A stretch of 64,000 nt of DNA, taken from assembly GCA_902553315.1 (NCBI GenBank), contig CACDKN010000001.1:19641-83640 (forward strand). The letters run 5' to 3'. Under the pieces are notes generated by a model. That model saw only the letters and a list, made by a program, of their open reading frames with translations, did no database searches and was not told where the DNA came from. A program made the position numbers and the translations under genes. This DNA is from an uncultured SAR86 cluster bacterium (GTDB lineage Bacteria; Pseudomonadota; Gammaproteobacteria; Magnimaribacterales; AG-339-G14). Position 1 is the stretch's first letter, and every line of letters begins with the position of its first letter. Shown here piece by piece: positions 21,224 through 30,642 of the stretch.

Positions 21224-22343
21224 AAAAAATAATTATTTTATTGGAACGCTTTCTGGAACAAGCATGGACGCAATTGATGCATCTATCTACAAAATTACCA
21301 ATAAAATAAAACTAGTTGATTCGATATCCTTCAAGATGCCTGAAGATCTAAAAGCTAAGTTATTCTATCTATCAAAAAGTAAAAAAAATCTGTTTCAAAA
21401 TCCTACAAAGGCTCTTAAGCAAGCAGATGATGAGTTCACTAGAATTACTGTTAAGACTATCAAGAGATTAATTAAAAAATCAGGTCTTTGCAGCTCAGAT
21501 ATAACGGCTATTGGTTCTCATGGACAAACGATTCAGCATTCTCCTTTTTCAAAAAAACCATACTCTTTGCAAATTGGAAGTCCAGACTTGATTGCGATTC
21601 AAACTGGCATAACTACGATCGGTAATTTTAGACAAACTAATATTATTAATGGAGGTAGTGGAGCACCTCTGACTCCAGCATTTCATCAAAAATTTCTAAG
21701 AAATAAAAAGCAAAATAGAGTAATAATTAACATTGGTGGAATATCGAATCTTACGCTATTGCTCAAAAATCAAAAAATCATGGGGTGGGATTCTGGGCCA
21801 GGAAACTGTTTAATAGATCAAAGCGTAAAGTTTTTCTCTAACGGAAAAAATTCATTTGATAAAAATGGTCGTTGGGGGAAAAAAGGAGATTTAAAGAAAT
21901 TAGATAAATTAATAAATGAATTTCTTTCAAGGGAATATTTTCATCGAAAGCCTCCGAAAAGTGATTCTACTGAAAATTATAATTTTTCTGAAATTTACTC
22001 AAGAGAAATACAAATTTCCAAATTTGATTGGATTTCAGCAATGACTGAAATTACTGCTAAATCAATTTTTAATTCTCTAAAAGAAAACTGTAATGTTAAA
22101 GAGTTAGGAATTTATCTTTGCGGAGGGGGCAGTAAAAACTTATTTTTAATGGATTTGATAAAGTCAAAATTACCAAAAAAATGGAAGCTTTATACCACTG
22201 AGGCTTTAGGGATAGATCCCATGTTAGTAGAAACTTCTACTTTTGCGTGGCTTGCAAAACAGAGAATTGAAAGTAGAAAAATAAATCTTCGTTCTTCAAC
22301 AAATGCTGAAATCTCTTTAACCGGAGAAATTTTTAAAAGTTAA
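21207..22343 (+). CDS. anmK: anhydro-N-acetylmuramic acid kinase
   Basis: 378 aa. The N-terminus YFIGTLSGTSMDAIDA matches the AnmK signature (FIGVMSGTSLDGVDV in E. coli). It overlaps the M23 gene by 17 nt. Confidence 0.88.
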   Translation: MQSTSKKNNYFIGTLSGTSMDAIDASIYKITNKIKLVDSISFKMPEDLKAKLFYLSKSKKNLFQNPTKALKQADDEFTRITVKTIKRLIKKSGLCSSDITAIGSHGQTIQHSPFSKKPYSLQIGSPDLIAIQTGITTIGNFRQTNIINGGSGAPLTPAFHQKFLRNKKQNRVIINIGGISNLTLLLKNQKIMGWDSGPGNCLIDQSVKFFSNGKNSFDKNGRWGKKGDLKKLDKLINEFLSREYFHRKPPKSDSTENYNFSEIYSREIQISKFDWISAMTEITAKSIFNSLKENCNVKELGIYLCGGGSKNLFLMDLIKSKLPKKWKLYTTEALGIDPMLVETSTFAWLAKQRIESRKINLRSSTNAEISLTGEIFKS

Positions 22344-22687
22344 ATTGAGAAAGATGATCCACATCCACAGGTTGTAACTGCGTTTGGATTATCTATAACG
22401 AATCTTGAACCTTCCAAATCTTCTTTGTAATCCAAAGTAGATCCAAAAATATACTGCATGCTTAACGGATCAATTACTACTGAAAACTCTTCCTTCTTAA
22501 GAAAGGTATCATCATCTTCGAAATGATCTTCAAGTTTAAAGCCATATTGAAAACCTGAACATCCTCCGCCTGTAACAAAAACTCTAAGAGAAACTTTCTG
22601 ACCTGCTTCATCCGAGACTAACTTTCCGATGCGCTCTAATGCAGCATCTGAAATGGTTAATTCTTGAGGCGTATATTTTTCAACCAT
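22340..22687 (-). CDS. erpA: iron-sulfur cluster insertion protein (A-type carrier)
   Basis: 115 aa. Cys ligands GGGCSGFQYGF and C-terminal CGCGSSFSI. The position next to argC and anmK matches the Pseudomonas arrangement. Confidence 0.9.
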   Translation of the reverse strand: MVEKYTPQELTISDAALERIGKLVSDEAGQKVSLRVFVTGGGCSGFQYGFKLEDHFEDDDTFLKKEEFSVVIDPLSMQYIFGSTLDYKEDLEGSRFVIDNPNAVTTCGCGSSFSI

Positions 22688-23702
22688 CTTTTAATGTCAC
22701 TCCTTCGTGTTCGTTTGCACCACTCATCAAATTAAAACATTGAATTGCTTGTGATGCAGCACCTTTCATTAAATTATCTATTGCAATATGGATGGTTAAA
22801 ATATTTTCTTTCATGAACAAGGAAATATCACAGAAATTTGTATTTTGTACCTTTTTTAACTCAGGAACAGTACCTTTTGTTAATACTCTAACAAATTTTT
22901 CATTTTTATAAAAGTTTTCATAAGTTTCTTGGATCGAATCTTCGAAATTCGAAGTTTCAACATAACAAGTTACATATTCTCCTCTAAAAATAGGCAGTAG
23001 ATGAGGAGTAAAAACTATTTTATTATTAAGCTTGTAATTTTTTTTAAAAAAATGGCCTATTTCAAATTGATGACGATGAGACTGCGCCGAGTAAGCTTTA
23101 AAATTATCGACTATATCATCCGACAGGTCTGACTCTACTTTATTTCTTCCTGCGCCACTGATACCTGATTTAACGTCAAATATGATGTTTGAACTTGCTT
23201 TTATATTATTGGCAATAGGAAGGAGTCCTAAAATAGAAGCTGTGGGGTAACAACCAGGAACAGCTACTAAATTTGCTTCTTTTATCTTATTTCTTTCTTT
23301 TTCGGGTAACCCATAAACAGCAGAATTTAGTAAATTTTTTGCCCTATGCTCATCTTCATAAGCTTCAGCCCACAATGAAGCATCGCTTATTCTAAAGTCT
23401 GCCGATAAATCAATAATTTTGATATCTTTCTCCAACAAAAAAGGGACATAGTCCATAGAAAAATTGTGTTGAGTGGCAAAAAAAACATAATCAAGGTCCT
23501 GCTCCTTTAAATCTTCAACTGAAGACAATTGAAGATTTGGAATTCTTTTGAATTCATTAATTTGTTCGTAAAGATTTTTGCCTATGCTTCCAGACGATGA
23601 CACGAAGGATACTTCAAGATTATCCATTTCATCGAACAACTTCAATAGCTCGACTCCAACATAACCTGTAGCTCCTACCAAACCTATCTTATACTCTTCC
23701 AT
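22680..23702 (-). CDS. argC: N-acetyl-gamma-glutamyl-phosphate reductase
   Basis: 340 aa. NAD-binding N-terminus (IGLVGATGYVG) and active-site motif VAVPGCYPTA. Its last 8 nt overlap the erpA start. Confidence 0.9.
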   Translation of the reverse strand: MEEYKIGLVGATGYVGVELLKLFDEMDNLEVSFVSSSGSIGKNLYEQINEFKRIPNLQLSSVEDLKEQDLDYVFFATQHNFSMDYVPFLLEKDIKIIDLSADFRISDASLWAEAYEDEHRAKNLLNSAVYGLPEKERNKIKEANLVAVPGCYPTASILGLLPIANNIKASSNIIFDVKSGISGAGRNKVESDLSDDIVDNFKAYSAQSHRHQFEIGHFFKKNYKLNNKIVFTPHLLPIFRGEYVTCYVETSNFEDSIQETYENFYKNEKFVRVLTKGTVPELKKVQNTNFCDISLFMKENILTIHIAIDNLMKGAASQAIQCFNLMSGANEHEGVTLKDG

Positions 23703-23715
23703 TTTTTTTAATAAC

Positions 23716-23743
23716 TTGGATTGACTGAACGCAGCATTATAAT
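23716..23743 (+). promoter_or_regulatory. candidate sigma70 promoter for thiD-thiE
   Basis: TTGGAT (23716-23721), a 16-nt spacer, then TATAAT (23738-23743), 14 nt before the thiD ATG. No THI-box could fit in this 55-nt spacer. Confidence 0.3.
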
Positions 23744-23757
23744 GACTTTAATATAAT

Positions 23758-24519
23758 ATGAGACATAAAAAATATATTTTATCCATATCTGGTCAAGATC
23801 CGACTAATGGAGCTGGTAATAGCTTAGATATATTAGTAGCGAATCAACATAATTTTTATTGCCTGTCATCTATTACTAATTTGACTATTCAGGATGCAGA
23901 AAAGTTGCACAAAGTTGAAGATGTTAACGCAAGCTTTTTTCAAAAAAATCTCAAAAACCTTAATGAAAATTTCAATATATCAGGCGTCAAGATTGGAGCA
24001 ATTTCTTCAAATAAAATTATTGAATCCACGTCAAAGTTTCTAGATCAATTTACAAAAATTCCTGTAGTAATTGATCCAATAATAGAAGCTGGTGGAGGTG
24101 GGAAATTCTTAAAGAAACAAAATATTAATTTTTCTCTTGAAAAGCTATATCCTCAGGCAACATTGCTAACTCCAAATTTAAATGAATTAAAAATCTTAAG
24201 CGGATGTAAAACTGAAAAAGATTCTATCAACTCTCTTTTAGATTTAGGTATTAAAAATATTTTTGTAACTGGCAAATCAAGAAAAAATGAAGTTATAAGC
24301 ACGCTGTTTGTAAATGGTATAAAAGAATTAGATGTAAAGGCAAAGAAAATCTCCAAAACTTTTCATGGATCTGGTTGCGCACTATCTACCTCGATTCTAT
24401 GCAACTTTATCAAAACGAAAGATCTGAAAGAAAGTTGCTTAAATGCTAATGAATACATGAGAAAAATTTTGAAGAATTCTATTAAAACAAAAAATCAAGA
24501 TTTTATTAATTTCGGCTGA
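23758..24519 (+). CDS. thiD: hydroxymethylpyrimidine / phosphomethylpyrimidine kinase
   Basis: 253 aa. A divergent N-terminal motif (SISGQDPTNGAGNSLDI) and a conserved C-terminal motif (HGSGCALSTSI). Confidence 0.8.
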   Translation: MRHKKYILSISGQDPTNGAGNSLDILVANQHNFYCLSSITNLTIQDAEKLHKVEDVNASFFQKNLKNLNENFNISGVKIGAISSNKIIESTSKFLDQFTKIPVVIDPIIEAGGGGKFLKKQNINFSLEKLYPQATLLTPNLNELKILSGCKTEKDSINSLLDLGIKNIFVTGKSRKNEVISTLFVNGIKELDVKAKKISKTFHGSGCALSTSILCNFIKTKDLKESCLNANEYMRKILKNSIKTKNQDFINFG

Positions 24520-25160
24520 TGAATTCTATTTATGCCATAACTCCGGTTAATTTAAGCCTAGAAAAAATAATTTCTAAAACATCTAATTTATTGGAATTAG
24601 GAATTAAAACTTATCAATACAGAGACAAAAATAATGATTTAAATATCATAAAAGATAATTCAAAAATTCTTTTAGAACTCATCAAAGAAAATGGTGGAGA
24701 GTTAATAATTAACGATTATCCAGAAATAGCATTAGAAATTGGAGCGGATGGATTTCATTTGGGATTTGAAGACTATCAAAAGAAAAAAAATCAAAATTTT
24801 TTAAAAAAACATTTAAATCTAATTAAAGAGAATTATATTAAAGGCCTTTCTTGTAAGTGGAATTTAGAGTTAGTTTCAAATCCTCCAGAAGATATTTTAG
24901 AGTGGGATTATTTGGCGGTAGGATCTTTTTTTAAAAGCCAAACCAAAAAAGATATTTCGTTAGCGAGATCAGATATGATTATGAAAGAAGTTTTGTTAAA
25001 AACAAAAAAACCACTGTATTCTATTGGCGGAATCAATAATGAAAACATTATCAATTTAAAAAAAATGGGATATAAGAAATTCGCTATCTCGAACGGAGTT
25101 TACGCTTTTGAAGACCATGAAATTAAAAATATAATTAAAATAAATAATGAAGGAAATTAA
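24519..25160 (+). CDS. thiE: thiamine-phosphate synthase (divergent)
   Basis: 213 aa. Motifs appear in ThiE order: YQYRDK, DGFHLGFED, GLSC, DYLAVGSFFKSQTKK, SIGGIN. The start overlaps the thiD stop. Confidence 0.7.
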   Translation: MNSIYAITPVNLSLEKIISKTSNLLELGIKTYQYRDKNNDLNIIKDNSKILLELIKENGGELIINDYPEIALEIGADGFHLGFEDYQKKKNQNFLKKHLNLIKENYIKGLSCKWNLELVSNPPEDILEWDYLAVGSFFKSQTKKDISLARSDMIMKEVLLKTKKPLYSIGGINNENIINLKKMGYKKFAISNGVYAFEDHEIKNIIKINNEGN

Positions 25161-26148
25161 CGTTCTTGGCGTTGGAAATGCTTTAGTTGATAAACAATTT
25201 CTTATTAAAGACGACATTTTAAAGGAGATTTCAATAGAAAAAGGAACCATGGGTTTATGCGATAGTGAATCCCAAAATGTTTTCTATAAAAAATTATCTG
25301 AAAATTATAAAAAAAGTGAAGATGCTTGCGGAGGTTCAGCCACCAATACTATTTTTGCCTTGGCATCTTTGGGAAGTAAATGTGGTTTTTTTGGAAAAGT
25401 AGCGAACGACGAAAATGGTTCATTTTACAAGAAAGATCTTGAAGACGTAGGAATTATAAACGACGTGATTTCTAATGATAAAGGAGACACAGGTACTTGT
25501 TTAATTATGATTTCTGAAGACGCAGAAAGAACCATGAGCACATGTCTAGGCATCAGCGCTAATTTGAAGCCTTCAGACATAGATGAAGACTTAATAGAAA
25601 AGTCGGAAATAATTTATCTAGAAGGCTACCTTGTGAGTTCAGACGAATGCAACTTGACGAGTAAAAAAATTATAGAAGTTGGTAGAAGCAAAGAAGCTAA
25701 AATAGCTATCAGCCTATCAGATCCGAACATAGTAAATGCTTTCAAAGAAAGGTTACTTGATTGGCTCAAAGAGCCAATTGATTATTTATTTTGTAACTTT
25801 GAAGAAGCAAAAGCATTTTGTAAGACAAATGATGAAGAATTAATAAAAAGCTCTTTATTAAAATTTGCACAAAATATTTTCATTACTAAAGGAAGTGAAG
25901 GAGCATTAATTTTTGATCATAAATCTTCATGTGAAGTGGGTGGGTTTGCTGCAAATGCAATTGATAGCAATGGAGCCGGTGACATGTTTGCTGGAGGAGC
26001 ATTGTATTTACTTGCCAAGGGCCAAAATCCAGAAAAAGCTGCAAAATTTGGATGTTTTTTAGCATCAAAGGGCGTTGAAAATATTGGCCCGAGATTAGAA
26101 CGCAAAAAATATCAAGAAATTTATGAATTATTTTGCAAATTAGACTAG
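25147..26148 (+). CDS. PfkB/ribokinase-family kinase (adenosine kinase-like)
   Basis: 333 aa. N-terminal VLGVGNALVD and the C-terminal catalytic motif DSNGAGDMFAGG. It overlaps thiE by 14 nt. Confidence 0.7.
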   Translation: MKEINVLGVGNALVDKQFLIKDDILKEISIEKGTMGLCDSESQNVFYKKLSENYKKSEDACGGSATNTIFALASLGSKCGFFGKVANDENGSFYKKDLEDVGIINDVISNDKGDTGTCLIMISEDAERTMSTCLGISANLKPSDIDEDLIEKSEIIYLEGYLVSSDECNLTSKKIIEVGRSKEAKIAISLSDPNIVNAFKERLLDWLKEPIDYLFCNFEEAKAFCKTNDEELIKSSLLKFAQNIFITKGSEGALIFDHKSSCEVGGFAANAIDSNGAGDMFAGGALYLLAKGQNPEKAAKFGCFLASKGVENIGPRLERKKYQEIYELFCKLD

Positions 26149-26195
26149 CAAGTTCCTCTAGGTTTTGATAAATTTCTCACCTTCAAATTTTATCA

Positions 26196-26783
26196 ATGGC
26201 TATTAAAAAGAAACCAAAATCTGCAACAAAAAAAGCTACAGTAAAGACACAACGGTCTGCTAAACCAAAGGCAAAAAAGCAACCAGCAAGAAAACCTCAA
26301 GCAAAAAAGAAACCTGCTAAAAAGAAAGTTCTTAAGCCTCAGGTAATTTCAAATCCTTCTGATTTTGAATCATTTGCTAAAACATTTATTCCATACCGTC
26401 CTAATAAAACAGAGAAGTACATGAATAAATCTCAAAAAAAACATTTTATTTCGATACTCAATGCTTGGAAGGAGGCGCTTGATTCAGAACAAGAGAAAAC
26501 AGAACAGCTCATTCAGCAAGACCAGAGTAATTTTCCTGATTCATTAGATCGTGCAGCGAAAGAAGAAGAATTCATGTTGGAGCTAAGAAAAAGAGAGCGC
26601 GAACGAAAATTAATTTCTAAAATTGAAATGTCTCTGAAAGATATTGACGATGATCTTTATGGTTATTGTGAAACTTGTGGGGTAGAGATTGGTATAAAAC
26701 GACTTGAAGCAAGGCCCACAGCCACTCAGTGCATAGATTGTAAAACGGTAGACGAAATAAAAGAAAAGCAGCAATTCGGTTGA
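26196..26783 (+). CDS. dksA: RNA polymerase-binding transcription factor DksA with a Lys-rich N-terminal extension
   Basis: 195 aa. Residues 50-195 are colinear with E. coli DksA (YMNKSQKKHF, NFPDSLDRAAKEEEF, RERERKLISKIE, YGYCETCGVEIGIKRLEARPTATQCIDCK). Residues 1-49 are K/P/A-rich. Confidence 0.92.
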   Translation: MAIKKKPKSATKKATVKTQRSAKPKAKKQPARKPQAKKKPAKKKVLKPQVISNPSDFESFAKTFIPYRPNKTEKYMNKSQKKHFISILNAWKEALDSEQEKTEQLIQQDQSNFPDSLDRAAKEEEFMLELRKRERERKLISKIEMSLKDIDDDLYGYCETCGVEIGIKRLEARPTATQCIDCKTVDEIKEKQQFG

Positions 26784-27244
26784 TGTCTGAGCATACTGTT
26801 TATTTGGTATTAGGTACTAATCTTGGCAACAGATATAAAAACTTATCAGATGCCAGATCTGAAATAATTAATCTTCCGGAAACAAAAATACTAAAAAAAA
26901 GCAAAATCTATAAATCTTCTTTTTATGGCCCTATTGAACAGCCCTTTTTTTTCAACCTAGCTTTAAAAATTAAAACAAAACTTTCTCCGATTTCTTTGCT
27001 CAAGCATCTTCAGAAAGTTGAAAAAAAGTTAAAAAAGGAAAAGAATTCTCATATGAAACCACGAACAATAGATATCGACATAATTTTTTTTGATGATCTT
27101 AATATAAAAAAACCTAAATTAACTATTCCACATTATGATTGGAAAAATAGAGACTTTTTTATAAAGCCTTTATTAGAAATTAACTGTGAGCATGTTAAAA
27201 ATGAGGTCTCTGAGCTCAACTTAAAAGCTTCTCAAAAATTTTAA
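26780..27244 (+). CDS. folK: 2-amino-4-hydroxy-6-hydroxymethyldihydropteridine diphosphokinase
   Basis: 154 aa. Motifs [19 protein letters not shown] and [18 protein letters not shown]. Confidence 0.88.
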   Translation: MMSEHTVYLVLGTNLGNRYKNLSDARSEIINLPETKILKKSKIYKSSFYGPIEQPFFFNLALKIKTKLSPISLLKHLQKVEKKLKKEKNSHMKPRTIDIDIIFFDDLNIKKPKLTIPHYDWKNRDFFIKPLLEINCEHVKNEVSELNLKASQKF

Positions 27245-27251
27245 AAAATTA

Positions 27252-29180
27252 ATGACTAAAAGATATTCTGTTCCAGAATCGATAAAATTAAAAACTCACC
27301 TTGATGAGGCTTCTTTTGATTCTATGTATCTAGATTCTATAAATAATCCTGAATCTTTCTGGGCAACTCAAGCGTCAAAACATATTACTTGGATTGAAGA
27401 ACCAAATCATATTAGCTCGATCGAAATGGAGAAAGGTGAAATTGAGTGGTTCAATGACGGAATACTCAATGCATCTTTTAATTGTATCGATAGGCATTTG
27501 AGTAATCCTGATGCTTTAGCAATAATTTGGGAGAGCGATGATCCTTCTAAAGATAAAAAAATTTCCTACGGGCATCTTCATGATGAGGTTTGTAAATTTG
27601 CTAATTTATTAAAAAACAGAGGAATAAAAAAAGGTGACAGAGTCTGCATTTATATGCCGATGATACCTGAGGCAACTTATGCAATGTTGGCATGCGCAAG
27701 AATTGGAGCAGTTCACTCTGTAGTGTTTGGAGGATTTTCTGTTGAGTCATTAAAAGATCGAATTCTAGATTCAAACTGCGAAACTGTTATTACCGCTAAT
27801 GAAGGAATTAGAGGGGGTAAAAGAATTCCTCTGAAAGAAAATGTTGATAAAGCAATTAAGTCTTGCCCTAATGTGCATTCAGTAATTGTTGTGAAGAGAA
27901 CTGAAGAAGAATTAAATTTAATTAGTAAAGTTGATGTAGATTACTTGATTGAAAAAGAAAAATTTGAAGCTCATTGTGATTGTGAACCGATGAAGTCAGA
28001 AGATCCTTTGTTTATTTTATATACCTCAGGTTCTACTGGAAAACCCAAAGGGGTTTTACATACGACCGGAGGCTATTTGCTTGGAGCAGCTATTACACAT
28101 AAACATATTTTTAATTATTCAGATGGTGATATTTATTGGTGTACTGCGGATGTAGGATGGGTTACAGGTCATTCTTATATAGTTTACGGACCACTTTGTA
28201 ATGGGGCCACAACCTTAATGTTTGAAGGAGTGCCTACTTATCCTGATGCATCGAGATTTTGGGAAATAATTGATAAACATCAAGTTAATATCTTCTATAC
28301 CGCTCCAACTGCAATTAGGGCTCTTATGGCTTTTGGTAATGAACCTTTAAGGACCTCTTCTAGAAAGTCCTTAAAAGTTTTGGGAACCGTTGGAGAGCCT
28401 ATCAATCCTGAAGCTTGGGAATGGTACTTTGAAAATGTGGGTAATAAAAAATGTCCTATAGTTGATACATGGTGGCAGACGGAAACGGGAAGTATTTTGA
28501 TTTCAGGTTTAGCTGGATTTTCTGATCAAAAACCTGGAAGCGCTTGCAAACCCTTTTTTGGAGTTCTTCCTGTTCTTCTGGATGAGAATGGAAAAGAAAT
28601 AAATGGACCTGGCTCTGGTAATTTGGCGATAAAAAAATCTTGGCCCTCGCAAATTAGAACAGTTTTTGGAGATCATCAAAGATGTGTTGATACATATTAT
28701 TCAACTTACCCAGGATATTATTTTACTGGCGATGGTGCGCGAAGAGACGAAGACGGCTACTACTGGATAACTGGAAGAGTTGACGACGTCTTGAATGTCT
28801 CAGGCCATAGATTAGGAACAGCTGAAGTTGAAAGCGCTTTGGTCTTGCACGAAGAAGTTGCAGAAGCTGCGGTAGTAGGTTTTGAACATCCTATAAAAGG
28901 CCAAGGAATCTATTGTTATGTAAACATGATGAAAAGTTCAATTCCAAGCATTGAGCTCAAAGAAGAATTAACGGAGCTGGTAAAAAAAGAAATTGGAGCT
29001 ATAGCGAAACCGGATTTAATTCATTTTACTAATGACCTTCCCAAGACTAGATCTGGTAAGATTATGAGAAGAATTCTTAGAAAAATTGCTTCTAATGATC
29101 TTGATAATCTTGGAGATACTTCCACTTTAGCTGATCCAAGTATTGTCGACGAGTTAATAATTAATAGGCTGAATAAATAA
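27252..29180 (+). CDS. acs: acetyl-CoA synthetase
   Basis: 642 aa. AMP-binding motif [12 protein letters not shown], plus WWQTETG and a C-terminal [17 protein letters not shown]. Confidence 0.95.
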   Translation: MTKRYSVPESIKLKTHLDEASFDSMYLDSINNPESFWATQASKHITWIEEPNHISSIEMEKGEIEWFNDGILNASFNCIDRHLSNPDALAIIWESDDPSKDKKISYGHLHDEVCKFANLLKNRGIKKGDRVCIYMPMIPEATYAMLACARIGAVHSVVFGGFSVESLKDRILDSNCETVITANEGIRGGKRIPLKENVDKAIKSCPNVHSVIVVKRTEEELNLISKVDVDYLIEKEKFEAHCDCEPMKSEDPLFILYTSGSTGKPKGVLHTTGGYLLGAAITHKHIFNYSDGDIYWCTADVGWVTGHSYIVYGPLCNGATTLMFEGVPTYPDASRFWEIIDKHQVNIFYTAPTAIRALMAFGNEPLRTSSRKSLKVLGTVGEPINPEAWEWYFENVGNKKCPIVDTWWQTETGSILISGLAGFSDQKPGSACKPFFGVLPVLLDENGKEINGPGSGNLAIKKSWPSQIRTVFGDHQRCVDTYYSTYPGYYFTGDGARRDEDGYYWITGRVDDVLNVSGHRLGTAEVESALVLHEEVAEAAVVGFEHPIKGQGIYCYVNMMKSSIPSIELKEELTELVKKEIGAIAKPDLIHFTNDLPKTRSGKIMRRILRKIASNDLDNLGDTSTLADPSIVDELIINRLNK

Positions 29181-29821
29181 TGTCACTTTTATCTTTTCTC
29201 ACGAAAACAGAATTACCCAAAGAACAGGACGCTCTTGCTGGAAGAGAAGAAATAATCTTTGAGCCCAGAATTCACTACGTTAATAAAAACGAATACCCAG
29301 AGAATACTTCAGATTTTGAAAAAGTTTATTTTGGAATGGGATGTTTCTGGGGAGCTGAAAAATATTTTTGGGAATTGGAAGGAGTTCTATTTACTTCTGT
29401 GGGTTATGGAGACGGTTTCACCAGAAATCCGACTTATGAAGAAGTCTGCTCTGGTCAAACAGCTCACAATGAAATCGTCGAAGTTATATACGATCCTAAA
29501 AAAATAGAATTTTTATTATTACTTAAAGTTTTTTGGGAAAATCACGATCCAACTCAGGGTATGAGACAAGGTTATGATGTTGGCACTCAATATAGATCTG
29601 GAATTTACATAACTAATGAAGTGCAAATGCAACAGGCAAGGGAAACTAAAGATGCCTATGGATCAATTCTCGTCAAAAACGGTTTTAAATCCATAACTAC
29701 TGATATCAAGGAAATCAATAATTTTTTCTTTGCAGAAGAATATCATCAGCAATATTTGGCCAAGAATCCTGGTGGATATTGTGGCCATGGCGGTTGTGGA
29801 ATTAAATTAAATCTTGATTAA
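29180..29821 (+). CDS. msrA: peptide-methionine (S)-S-oxide reductase
   Basis: 213 aa. Active-site motif GMGCFWGAE, plus EEYHQQYL. Confidence 0.93.
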   Translation: MSLLSFLTKTELPKEQDALAGREEIIFEPRIHYVNKNEYPENTSDFEKVYFGMGCFWGAEKYFWELEGVLFTSVGYGDGFTRNPTYEEVCSGQTAHNEIVEVIYDPKKIEFLLLLKVFWENHDPTQGMRQGYDVGTQYRSGIYITNEVQMQQARETKDAYGSILVKNGFKSITTDIKEINNFFFAEEYHQQYLAKNPGGYCGHGGCGIKLNLD

Positions 29822-30642
29822 TGATTCCAAACAAACTCTGACTTATCCTGAGTAACTCTCTCTTCTTCAACTAACTTTATTAAATGTGCTTGAAGGGAAT
29901 ATTTAGCAATACTTAATAATCTCGGATCTACATCATCGTAAACTTTATTTAACAGGACATCTAAGGAGGCTCTATTTAATTCGGTAATCGCATCAATTAC
30001 TTTTTTCTCTCTAAACATCCTATGCCCAATGATCCAATCGACAACAGCATGAGGATTTTCCATTAAGTCTCCATGCCCAGGGGCAATGTACTTTAGATCT
30101 TCATCTTTTAGCATTTGAAGGGAATCTATATATTGACTCATGCTTCCATCTGGGGGGGCTATAACAACTGTCGAACCATCCATAATGTGATCTCCAGTGA
30201 ATATTGTTTTCTCCTCTTCTAGAAAATAACACAAATGGTTGGAAGCATGTCCAGGCGTATGAATTACTCTCAAAGTGTAATCCACTTGCTCGATGACATC
30301 ACCGTCCTTTAATATCGCTTGAGGCTTGAAAGTAGGATCCTGCATCTCATTATGTAATGCTTTCATCCCTTTTACTGGTGCAGCAGTTCTCTGATGCAAC
30401 AACTTCGCGCCAGGTGAATGATCATTGTGAGTGTGAGTGACTAAAATTTGCTTGATGTCTTCTCCACAAACTTTAGCAATATTTTCTATATGTTCTTTTG
30501 ATGCTGGACCAGGATCAATTACTGTAATTTCATCATGTCCTATCAAGTAGGTATTCGTCCCAGGGCCAGTAAAGACACCTGAATTATCAGCTGTAATTCT
30601 TCTAATTAAAGGAGATAGCTCAGTGATCTTCATATCCTTCAT
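29818..30642 (-). CDS. MBL-fold metallo-hydrolase
   Basis: Metal motif THTHNDHSPG with downstream His/Asp ligands (HTPGH, GDH, PGHG). The ORF is open up to 30672, but the in-frame ATGs at 30642 or 30633 cut the overlap with the upstream NUDIX gene from 53 nt to 23 or 14 nt. Confidence 0.8.
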   Translation of the reverse strand: MKDMKITELSPLIRRITADNSGVFTGPGTNTYLIGHDEITVIDPGPASKEHIENIAKVCGEDIKQILVTHTHNDHSPGAKLLHQRTAAPVKGMKALHNEMQDPTFKPQAILKDGDVIEQVDYTLRVIHTPGHASNHLCYFLEEEKTIFTGDHIMDGSTVVIAPPDGSMSQYIDSLQMLKDEDLKYIAPGHGDLMENPHAVVDWIIGHRMFREKKVIDAITELNRASLDVLLNKVYDDVDPRLLSIAKYSLQAHLIKLVEEERVTQDKSEFVWNH

